From contig CACWYC010000001.1 of the NCBI GenBank assembly GCA_902765025.1, forward strand, positions 71,586-135,585: a DNA stretch of 64,000 nt, in the 5' to 3' direction. The DNA is from Oscillospiraceae bacterium (lineage in GTDB: Bacteria > Bacillota > Clostridia > Oscillospirales > Oscillospiraceae). Shown piece by piece: positions 56,137 through 64,000 of the stretch. A program made the translations under genes and the position numbers. Under the pieces are notes generated by a model. That model was not told the origin of the DNA, made no database searches, and saw nothing but the letters and a program-made list of their open reading frames with translations. Position 1 is the stretch's first letter; every line of letters begins with the position of its first letter.

Positions 56137-57815
56137 AGCTGTTTTTCTACTATGCCTTCCACTCCTTTGTCAACCAGATTCGCAAGGTGCTGAAAACATG
56201 GGTGGCGGTGTTCTTCCTGGTGTGCATCGTCATCGGCGCCGCCATCGGCTTTGGCGCCGCGAAAATCAGTGACTTGAAGGACGCCCAGGACGCCATCGAC
56301 GCCCAGACGGAGATGGTGGACGATGTGGAGCTGCCGCCAGAGCTGGAGGAATTCAGCGAGGGCGCCACCATGGAGGAAACCCTGGGCATCAACCGCCATC
56401 AACTGGTGGAGCTGATTGCCGGGGCGGTGATTCTGGCGGTGTTCGTCATCGAAATCGCCGGGGCCGATAAGAACGGCAGCAAAATCTTCCTCCCCGCCGA
56501 CGTGACGCTGCTGTTTGCCGCCCCCATGCGGCCCCAGTCGGTGCTGCTGTTCCGGCTGATGACCCAGCTGGGCATGGCGCTGCTGGGCAGCGTGTATCTG
56601 CTGTTCCAGCTGCCCAACCTGACCCTGAACCTGGGCCTTTCCACCGCGGCGGCATTGAGCATCATCCTCACCTGGTTTGCCACCATCTTCACCGCCAAGC
56701 TGACCCAGGTGCTGCTGTACCTGCTGTGCTCGTCCCATGAAAAGCTGAAGGCCAATCTGCGCCGCATTCTCATCGCCGTGCTGGCGGTGGTGCTGGCGGG
56801 CTATCTGGCCTTCTGGCAGTCTTCCGGCCTTGCCCCGGCGGCAGCGGCGGCCCAGCTGTTCTGCGCCCCCTGGACCCGGTTTATCCCCCTGTGGGGCTGG
56901 CTGAAGGGCGTGGCCATCTTCGCCGCCGAAGGCCCCCTGTGGGCGGCGGTTGTGTGCCTTATCGCCACGGCCCTGGGCTGCGTGGGGCTGATGGCTCTGT
57001 CGCTGCACCTGAACGTGGACTTCTACGAGGACGCCATGGCCCAGTCGGAGCAGACGGCGGAGCGCATGGCCCGCATCCAGGCCGAGCAGCCCTCCCGGGT
57101 ACTGCTGCGGCGGAAAAAGGACCGCAGCGACCGGCTGCGCCGGGACGGCCTCAACCACGGCCGGGGCGCCAACGTGTTCTTCTTCAAGACCATGTATAAC
57201 CGTTTCCGCTTCGCCCATCTGGGCTTTCTGACCAAGACCACCGAGACGTATCTGGCGGCGGCCATCGCCGTGGCGGTGTTTTGCCGCATGGCACTGGATG
57301 TGTACAGCATCCTGCCGGTGGCGCTGGTGCTGTCGGCCTGCGCGTTCTTCCGGGCCCTGGGCGACCCGCTGCCCGAGGACGTGGAAAACGACTACTTCCG
57401 CCTGGTGCCGGAGCAGACCGGCACCAAGCTGTGGTACTCGCTGCTGGGTGGCGCGGCCTGCTGCGCGCTGGACGTGCTGCCGGCCATGGTGGTGGGCGGC
57501 ATCGTGATGAAGGCCCAGCCCTGGCAGATGCTGGCCTGGACGGCCTTTGCCGTGTCGGTGGACTTCTTCTCCTCCACGGTGGGCACCTTCATCAGCGTGT
57601 CGCTGCCCGCCTCCATGGATAAGACGGTGCGGCAGGTGATCATGATCATGTTCGTTTACTTCGGTCTGGTGCCCAATGCGGGCATCATGGTGCTGGGCAT
57701 CGTGCTGCACCACGTCACCGCCGCCGCCATCATCGCCGCCGGGGTCAACGTGGGCCTGGGCCTTATCTTCTTCGCCCTGTCGCCCCTGTTTTTGCCGCCA
57801 CAAGGCGGGAAATAA
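56133..57815 (+). CDS. Putative ABC exporter permease
   Basis: Many TM helices; overlaps the ATPase stop; ADVTLLFAAP and DFYED motifs. Confidence 0.8.
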   Translation: MKLFFYYAFHSFVNQIRKVLKTWVAVFFLVCIVIGAAIGFGAAKISDLKDAQDAIDAQTEMVDDVELPPELEEFSEGATMEETLGINRHQLVELIAGAVILAVFVIEIAGADKNGSKIFLPADVTLLFAAPMRPQSVLLFRLMTQLGMALLGSVYLLFQLPNLTLNLGLSTAAALSIILTWFATIFTAKLTQVLLYLLCSSHEKLKANLRRILIAVLAVVLAGYLAFWQSSGLAPAAAAAQLFCAPWTRFIPLWGWLKGVAIFAAEGPLWAAVVCLIATALGCVGLMALSLHLNVDFYEDAMAQSEQTAERMARIQAEQPSRVLLRRKKDRSDRLRRDGLNHGRGANVFFFKTMYNRFRFAHLGFLTKTTETYLAAAIAVAVFCRMALDVYSILPVALVLSACAFFRALGDPLPEDVENDYFRLVPEQTGTKLWYSLLGGAACCALDVLPAMVVGGIVMKAQPWQMLAWTAFAVSVDFFSSTVGTFISVSLPASMDKTVRQVIMIMFVYFGLVPNAGIMVLGIVLHHVTAAAIIAAGVNVGLGLIFFALSPLFLPPQGGK

Positions 57816-57821
57816 ATCATC

Positions 57822-57856
57822 AAAAAAGGACTGTTTCCGCAGAAACAGTCCTTTTT
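57822..57856. terminator. Bidirectional terminator
   Basis: AAAAAGGACTGTTTC-cgca-GAAACAGTCCTTTTT. Confidence 0.8.
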
Positions 57857-57873
57857 CTTTCACAAAAATATGC

Positions 57874-58128
57874 TTACCGCCGCAGCAGCTCCAGCCGCTC
57901 CAACGCCTCGTCGTACAGGTCCTCCAGCTCCTCGTGGCGCTCGGCCCAGTCGGCAAAAGCGTCGCTGTCCTCGTCGGCGGGCTCGTTTTCGTCCATCTCG
58001 GCCCGACGCTCGGCCAGGAAGGACAGGTATTCCACCAGCTCCTCCGCGTTCATCTCGTCAATATCGGCGTCCCAAAACACGGCAATCTCCCCCTTTTTTC
58101 CTGAAAATTTTTCCACAGTATATCCCAT
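57874..58128 (-). CDS. Small acidic hypothetical protein
   Basis: 84-aa ORF with host-like codon usage, ending at a terminator. Confidence 0.65.
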   Translation of the reverse strand: MGYTVEKFSGKKGEIAVFWDADIDEMNAEELVEYLSFLAERRAEMDENEPADEDSDAFADWAERHEELEDLYDEALERLELLRR

Positions 58129-58296
58129 TATGTACCATAATGCAAGGCCATCCCGCCATTAAAAATGAACTAGCGATAATATGCGCTGCGGCAGTTGCTT
58201 TTTCTATGGAAAGAGTGTAGAACGAAATGTCATTTGATAATAGGTGGCTTATGCCATTTTTTCGCCCCAGCGGGCGGATAGAGAGGAATTGCACCC

Positions 58297-61200
58297 ATGA
58301 GACATACTTTTACTGCGAACTGGATAAAGCGCCTTTGCTGCGCGGCGCTGTGTGCGCTGACGCTGCTTGCCGTGCTGCCCCGCAGCGCCGCTGCGGCCGA
58401 CGATCTGGCGCTGCACCGCATCGCCGCGCTGACCGAGGATTTGCTGGCGGAGAATGACGGCTACGACGCCGTGCTGTACGACAACACCAGCGGCCTGCCC
58501 ACCTCCGAGGCCAACGACATCGTGGAGACGGCGGAGGGCTTCATCTGGATTGGCAGCTACAGCGGCCTCATTCGCTACGACGGTCTTAACTTCGAGCGGG
58601 TGGACTCCACCGCCGGCATCGCCAGCGTGGTGAGTCTTTTCGTGGACAGCCACCAGCGTCTGTGGATCGGCAGCAACGACAGCGGCGTGGCGGTGATGGA
58701 CAAGGGCGAAATCCGCACCTATACCCGCGCCGACGGCCTGCTGTCCAACTCCGTGCGCTCCATTGTGGAGGACTCCACCGGCACCGTGTACATCGCCACC
58801 ACCGAGGGCATGGTCATGGTGGGAGAGGACATGGTGCTGCGGCAGATAGAGGACCCGCTGATTCTTGGGGAATACCTGCGGGAGGTGGTCATTAGCCGCA
58901 ACGATGTGATTTACGGCGTGGGCCTGAGCAACACCGTCTACACCATCAAGGGCGGCAAGGTGCTGGACGCCTTCCAGGGCGGTGACGAGGCCATCATGTC
59001 CCTGCTGCCCGACCCGGACCACCAGGGCTACGTCTACCTGGGCACCGACCAGTCCGTCATTTATTACGGTGACATCAGGGCCGGCCTCCACGGCGAAAAG
59101 CGCATTGACGTGTCCCCTCTGGAGCACATCAACGATATGTGCCTCGTCAACGATATACTTTGGGTCTGCGCCGACAACGGCATCGGCCTGGTGACGGAGG
59201 ACGGCTTCCATCTCCTGCAAAACCTGCCCATGGATAACTCGATTGACCATATTATGGTGGACTATGAGGGCAACCTCTGGTTTACCTCCTCCCGCCAGGG
59301 CGTGATGAAGATTGTGCCCAACCAGTTTGTGGATTTGTTCGCCCGGTTTGACCTGCCCGCGGCGGTGGTGAACTCCACCTGCCGCTACGGCGACATGCTC
59401 TTTATCGGCACCGACACCGGCCCCCTGGCCCTCACCGCAGACGGCGAGGTGAATGCCGTGCCCATCGCCGGCGCCCGCACCGCCTCCGGCGAGGATTTAG
59501 AAGAGACGGATTTACTGGCGCTGCTGGCCCAGTGCCGCATCCGCTCCGTGATTTCCGACAGCCGGGGCAACGTGTGGTTCTCCACCTACAGCAAGCGGGG
59601 CCTGGTACGCTATGACGGCCATGAGGCGGTGTGCTTCACCAGTGCCGACGGCCTGCCCTCCGACCGTATCCGCGCCGTGTACGAGCGGCAAAACGGCACC
59701 ATCATGGCGGCCTGCCGCGGCGGCGTGGCCATCATCGAGGGCGACGCGGTGACGGCGGTGTACGGCGAGGAGAGCGGCATCGTCAACACGGAGATTCTCA
59801 CCGTGGCGGAGACGGCGGCGGGAGAGATGCTGCTGGGCTCCGACGGCGATGGCATCTACGTGCTGACCGACGGCGAGAAGGCCCGCCATATCAGCACGGA
59901 TGACGGCCTGGCCTCCGACATCGTCATGCGTATCAAGCCCGATTGCACCCAGGATGTGTGCTGGATTGTCACCAGTAATTCCCTGGCCTACATGACCGCC
60001 GACGGCGCCGTCACCACGGTGAGCCGCTTCCCCTATTCCAATAACTTTGACCTCTATGAGAACAGCCGCGGCCAGATCTGGGTGCTGAGCAGTAACGGCA
60101 TCTACGTGGTGGACGCCGCCGAGCTGCTGGCAAACGGCGACATTAACCCCACCTATTACGGCCGCAATAACGGCTGCTCCGTCATCACCACCGCCAACTC
60201 CTACAGTGACCTGACGGCGGAGGGGGAGCTGTATATCGCCGGCACCACCGGCGTGGCCCGGGTGAACATCGAGACGCCCTTTGACGTGGACGCCCACACC
60301 AAAATGGCGGTGCCCTATGTCAGCGTGGGCGGACAGTATTTCTATGCCGATGAGAACGGCGTCATCAACGTGCCCGCCGGCAACGCCAAGCTGACGGTGT
60401 ACGGCTACGTATACACCTATTCGCTGCTGGACCCCCAGATTATCTATTGCCTGGAGGGGCTGGACAGCCAGTACACCACCGTCAACCGCAGCGCTATGAC
60501 GCCCATTGACTACACCAATCTCCCCGGCGGCACCTACCGCTTTGTCATGCGCCTCCAGGACCAGACCGGTCTGGCGGACAGCGAGGCGTCGGTGACCATC
60601 GTCAAGCAGATGGAGCTGCGGGAGCACCTGTGGTATCGCATCGGCCGCGCGCTGCTGGGCATGGCTGTCATCGCCGCCGCGGTGCTGATTTACACCCGCC
60701 GCAAAACCCGCCTTTTGGAGCAGAAGCAGAAGGAAAACCGGGTCTTCATCCGGGAGATGACAGAGGCATTCGCCAAGACCATCGATATGAAGGACAAGTA
60801 TACCAACGGCCACTCCATCCGCGTGGCCCACTATACCGCCATGCTCACCCGGGAGCTGGGCTACGATGAGGAGACGGTGGAGAAGTATTACAACATCGCC
60901 CTCCTCCACGACATCGGTAAAATCGGTATTCCTGAAGAGGTGCTGAATAAGCCCGGCAAGCTGACGGACGAGGAGTATCACATCATCCAGTCTCACGCCC
61001 AGCTGGGCTACAACGTGCTCAAGGACATCAGCATCATGCCGGAGCTGGCCATCGGCGCCGGCGCCCACCATGAGCGGCCCGATGGCAAGGGCTATCCCCA
61101 GGGCCTCAAGCAGGATGAAATCCCCCGTGTGGCCCAGATTATCGCCGTGGCCGACACCTTCGACGCCATGTATTCCAACCGCCCCTACCGCCCCCGCATG

Positions 61201-61398
61201 AACTTCGACAAGGTGGTGGAGATTATCCGGGGCGCCGCCGGCACCCAGCTCACCCCCGACGTGGTGGACGCCTTCCTGCGTCTGGCCGAGCAAGGCAAGC
61301 TGCGGGCCAAAAACGACACCGAGGGCAGCGGCAGCTTCGAGGAGATCGACAATCTGAACCGTGGCAGCCAGAGCGAAAAGCAAGACAAAACCGAATAA
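58297..61398 (+). CDS. HD-GYP phosphodiesterase with extracytoplasmic two-component-regulator propeller and Y_Y_Y sensor domains
   Basis: Signal peptide, propeller repeats (GLPTSEAN, IWIG, DGLLSN), YTNLPGGTYRF, TM helix, HDIGK, HHERPDGKGYP, ADTFDAM. Confidence 0.9.
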   Translation: MRHTFTANWIKRLCCAALCALTLLAVLPRSAAAADDLALHRIAALTEDLLAENDGYDAVLYDNTSGLPTSEANDIVETAEGFIWIGSYSGLIRYDGLNFERVDSTAGIASVVSLFVDSHQRLWIGSNDSGVAVMDKGEIRTYTRADGLLSNSVRSIVEDSTGTVYIATTEGMVMVGEDMVLRQIEDPLILGEYLREVVISRNDVIYGVGLSNTVYTIKGGKVLDAFQGGDEAIMSLLPDPDHQGYVYLGTDQSVIYYGDIRAGLHGEKRIDVSPLEHINDMCLVNDILWVCADNGIGLVTEDGFHLLQNLPMDNSIDHIMVDYEGNLWFTSSRQGVMKIVPNQFVDLFARFDLPAAVVNSTCRYGDMLFIGTDTGPLALTADGEVNAVPIAGARTASGEDLEETDLLALLAQCRIRSVISDSRGNVWFSTYSKRGLVRYDGHEAVCFTSADGLPSDRIRAVYERQNGTIMAACRGGVAIIEGDAVTAVYGEESGIVNTEILTVAETAAGEMLLGSDGDGIYVLTDGEKARHISTDDGLASDIVMRIKPDCTQDVCWIVTSNSLAYMTADGAVTTVSRFPYSNNFDLYENSRGQIWVLSSNGIYVVDAAELLANGDINPTYYGRNNGCSVITTANSYSDLTAEGELYIAGTTGVARVNIETPFDVDAHTKMAVPYVSVGGQYFYADENGVINVPAGNAKLTVYGYVYTYSLLDPQIIYCLEGLDSQYTTVNRSAMTPIDYTNLPGGTYRFVMRLQDQTGLADSEASVTIVKQMELREHLWYRIGRALLGMAVIAAAVLIYTRRKTRLLEQKQKENRVFIREMTEAFAKTIDMKDKYTNGHSIRVAHYTAMLTRELGYDEETVEKYYNIALLHDIGKIGIPEEVLNKPGKLTDEEYHIIQSHAQLGYNVLKDISIMPELAIGAGAHHERPDGKGYPQGLKQDEIPRVAQIIAVADTFDAMYSNRPYRPRMNFDKVVEIIRGAAGTQLTPDVVDAFLRLAEQGKLRAKNDTEGSGSFEEIDNLNRGSQSEKQDKTE

Positions 61399-61433
61399 GG
61401 CAAAAGCCCCGCCGGACCGGCGGGGCTTTTGCC
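61399..61433 (+). terminator. Terminator after the HD-GYP gene
   Basis: GGCAAAAGCCCCGCCGG-a-CCGGCGGGGCTTTTGCC. Confidence 0.75.
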
Positions 61434-61562
61434 TGTGTCAACACGCAGTTGCGCAGAAACTCGGCATGGCAACCACAAGTTGCTGGACAAAGGAATCATT
61501 AGGGGGTATACTCACGGTAACAACGGCGCCATCTCGGCGCCTTTTGAGAGGAGAGACAGGAT

Positions 61563-62294
61563 ATGCAAGACAAACCCATGCTGGAAATCCGCCATTTTTC
61601 CAAGTCCTACGGCGGGGGAAAGAAGGCGGTGGACGACCTTTCCCTCCAGGTGATGCCCGGCGATATCTATGGCTTCATCGGCCACAACGGCGCCGGTAAA
61701 TCCACCACCATTCGCGCGGTGGTGGGTGTGCTGGATTTCAAGGAGGGGGAGATTTTCATCGGCGGCCACTCCGCCAAAACGGAGCCCCTTGCCTGCAAGC
61801 AAATCACCGCCTACATTCCCGACAACCCCGACCTGTATGAAAACCTCACCGGCATCCAATACCTGAACTTTATTGCGGACGTGTTCGCCATCGGCGCCCG
61901 GGAGCGGGAGGAGCGCATCCGCCGCTACGCCGACGCCTTTGAGATGACCGCCGACCTGGGCAATCTCATCAGCGCCTATTCCCACGGCATGAAGCAGAAG
62001 CTGGCCATCATCTCCGCGCTGATTCACGAGCCCCGCCTGCTGGTGCTGGATGAGCCCTTTGTGGGCCTGGACCCCAAGGCGACCTTTACCTTGAAGGAAA
62101 TCATGCACCAAATGTGCGACCGGGGCACCGCCATTTTCTTCTCCACCCATGTGCTGGACGTGGCGGAAAAGCTGTGCAACAAGGTGGCCATTATCAAGCA
62201 TGGCCGCCTCATCGCCGCCGGCCCCATGGCCGAGCTGACCGAGGGTCACTCCCTGGAGGAGGCATTCTTGGAGGTGGACGGCGATGAGAGGTAG
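61563..62294 (+). CDS. ABC exporter ATP-binding subunit
   Basis: GHNGAGKST, YSHGMKQK, LDEPFVGLDP, STH. Confidence 0.93.
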   Translation: MQDKPMLEIRHFSKSYGGGKKAVDDLSLQVMPGDIYGFIGHNGAGKSTTIRAVVGVLDFKEGEIFIGGHSAKTEPLACKQITAYIPDNPDLYENLTGIQYLNFIADVFAIGAREREERIRRYADAFEMTADLGNLISAYSHGMKQKLAIISALIHEPRLLVLDEPFVGLDPKATFTLKEIMHQMCDRGTAIFFSTHVLDVAEKLCNKVAIIKHGRLIAAGPMAELTEGHSLEEAFLEVDGDER

Positions 62295-63882
62295 CCTTCT
62301 GCTGCTGCAAACCATGCTCCGGGCCACCGGCCGTTGGAATATATATCGCCACACTGCCGACGAAAAGCTGCGGCGGAAAATCGTGATGGGCTGCGTGGGT
62401 CTGGTGGTGCTGTACGCCATGCTGGTGTTTTACAGTGGCGCCATGGCTTTCGGCTACGGCGAGATCGGCCTCCAGGACGTGGTGCCGGGGGTGTGCGCGC
62501 TGACGATCAGCGCCCTGGCGTTCATCATGACTATCTTCCGCACCAACGGCTATCTCTTCCGCTTCCGGGAGTATGACATGGTGATGTCCCTGCCCTTTTC
62601 CGCCAGGACGGTGGCCCTCAGCAAATTTCTGCTGATGTATATGCGTCTGCTGCCCTGGTATCTCAGCCTGTCGCTGCCCATGCTGGTGGGTTACGGCGTA
62701 TACGCCCGGGCGGGTCTGTGGGTGTACCCTGTTTGGGTGGTGCTGACGCTGGCGCTGCCCATCATCCCCATGGTGGCGGCGTCCTTTGTGGGCTTTCTCA
62801 TCGCCCGCGTCAGCGCCGGCTTCCGCAAGACCAACATCGTCCAGACCGTTCTCACCTTCCTCTTCGTGCTGCTTTGCTTCTCGCTGCGGTTTATCATTGA
62901 GGACATTTTCCGTGATGACGCCGTGGACACGGTGCTGACCCAGGCGGCGGAGGCCTTGGACGGTGTGGTGTCCAACTATCCGCCGGCGGCCTGGTTTACC
63001 GGCGCCGTGACGGGGGAGAACTGGCTGGGCGGGCCGCTGCTGCTCCTTGCCAGCGCCGCGCTGCTGGCTCTGGTGTTCTGGATTGTGGGCGGCGCCTACC
63101 GCAACATCAACTCCGCCCTCCAATCCCATGCCGCCGGTAAGCGGTTTTCCATGAAGGCGCAGCATCAGCGCAGCGTCGAGGCAGCCATCGCCTACAAGGA
63201 GCTTCGCCGTCTGCTGGGCTCCACCAGCTATATGGTCAACGGTGCCATGGGCGAGGTGCTGGCGGCGCTGCTGGGCGTGGCCACGCTGGTAGTCGGCTTC
63301 GACAAAATCGTGGCCCTGGTCACCAACAACGCCCCCTTCGACCCGGCCATTCTGCATCCCGCCATTCCCTTTATCGTCTATTTCCTCATCGGCATGATGG
63401 CCACCACCGCCTGCTCACCGTCGCTGGAGGGCAAAAACTTCTGGATTCTCCAGAGCCTGCCCCTGTCCATGCAGACGGTGTACCGGGGCAAAATGCTGTT
63501 CAATATGGCGCTGACGGTGCCCTTCATGGCCTTTGCCACTCTCTGCCTGTGTCTGTCGGCCCACGTCAGCGCAGCCCATACGGCGCTGTATCTGCTGCTG
63601 GGGCTGGCGCTGTGTGCCTTCTCCACCTCTTGGGGCTGCGTGTGCGGCGTTCGGTTCCGCAAGCTGGACTGGGTCAACGAGATGGAGGTCATCAAGCAGG
63701 GTACGGGGGTGGCGCTGTACCTGCTGCCTAATATGTTCGTGGTCATGGGCCTCACGGTGCTGGTGGTGGTGCTGGGCCGCAGGATGGACCACGCTGTGCT
63801 GGCCCTGCTCTTTACGGCCATCGCCGCGGTGCTGGCGCTGTTGAGCTATCTTCGGGTGATGAAGCTGGCGGAGAAGGAGTAA
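62284..63882 (+). CDS. ABC-2 type exporter permease
   Basis: Multi-TM; SLEGKNFWILQSLP; overlaps the ATPase. Confidence 0.85.
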   Translation: MRGSLLLLQTMLRATGRWNIYRHTADEKLRRKIVMGCVGLVVLYAMLVFYSGAMAFGYGEIGLQDVVPGVCALTISALAFIMTIFRTNGYLFRFREYDMVMSLPFSARTVALSKFLLMYMRLLPWYLSLSLPMLVGYGVYARAGLWVYPVWVVLTLALPIIPMVAASFVGFLIARVSAGFRKTNIVQTVLTFLFVLLCFSLRFIIEDIFRDDAVDTVLTQAAEALDGVVSNYPPAAWFTGAVTGENWLGGPLLLLASAALLALVFWIVGGAYRNINSALQSHAAGKRFSMKAQHQRSVEAAIAYKELRRLLGSTSYMVNGAMGEVLAALLGVATLVVGFDKIVALVTNNAPFDPAILHPAIPFIVYFLIGMMATTACSPSLEGKNFWILQSLPLSMQTVYRGKMLFNMALTVPFMAFATLCLCLSAHVSAAHTALYLLLGLALCAFSTSWGCVCGVRFRKLDWVNEMEVIKQGTGVALYLLPNMFVVMGLTVLVVVLGRRMDHAVLALLFTAIAAVLALLSYLRVMKLAEKE

Positions 63883-63893
63883 ACGTTTTGACG

Positions 63894-63940
63894 AAAAAAG
63901 TGCCTGTGGATACGGCGAAACCGTATCCACAGGCACTTTT
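63894..63940. terminator. Bidirectional terminator
   Basis: AAAAAAGTGCCTGTGGATACGG-cgaa-ACCGTATCCACAGGCACTTTT. Confidence 0.8.
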
Positions 63941-63954
63941 ATATTGCCATTACA

Positions 63955-64000
63955 TTACAGCAGCATGACGCCCGCCTTTTCGCAGGTGTCTACGGTGTCC
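63955..64000 (-). CDS. C-terminal end of a gene running off the window (…DTVDTCEKAGVMLL*)
   Basis: Open frame ending in TAA just before the terminator; too short to identify. Confidence 0.4.
   Translation of the reverse strand, partial: DTVDTCEKAGVMLL

Overview
High-GC chromosomal window from an anaerobic, spore-forming Clostridia-type bacterium (Oscillospiraceae-like gene content; taxonomy is inferred). Housekeeping blocks: priA-def-fmt-rsmB-rlmN-phosphatase-PASTA kinase-rsgA; a Na+-translocating biotin-dependent decarboxylase operon; rex; glgA; birA/bioY; rplU-prp-rpmA-obgE; mtnN-luxS; tmcAL; five tRNAs; several ABC systems. Main accessory element: a type I-E CRISPR-Cas locus just downstream of tRNA-Arg(CCG). 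Its cas3 and Cascade genes look intact, but cas1 is a 240-nt multiply deleted stub, cas2 and the leader are gone, and the 14-repeat/13-spacer array is fused to the cas1 stub exactly at a repeat boundary. Spacers 1 and 5 are 27/32 identical, and repeat mutations cluster in the hairpin loop. Features missed by the ORF track: a 25-aa U-rich leader ORF whose stop codon overlaps an intrinsic terminator upstream of a uracil permease (candidate pyrBI-style UTP-sensing attenuator in a Firmicute); a 24-aa SpoVM-like peptide; a 54-aa Cys/Asn/Gly-rich microprotein with a sporulation-type promoter; a palindromic element duplicating the tRNA-Gly 3' end; tandem BirA operators; a candidate Rex operator; and a low-GC XRE-controlled cassette. 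All homology calls come from motif recognition only; no database searches were run.
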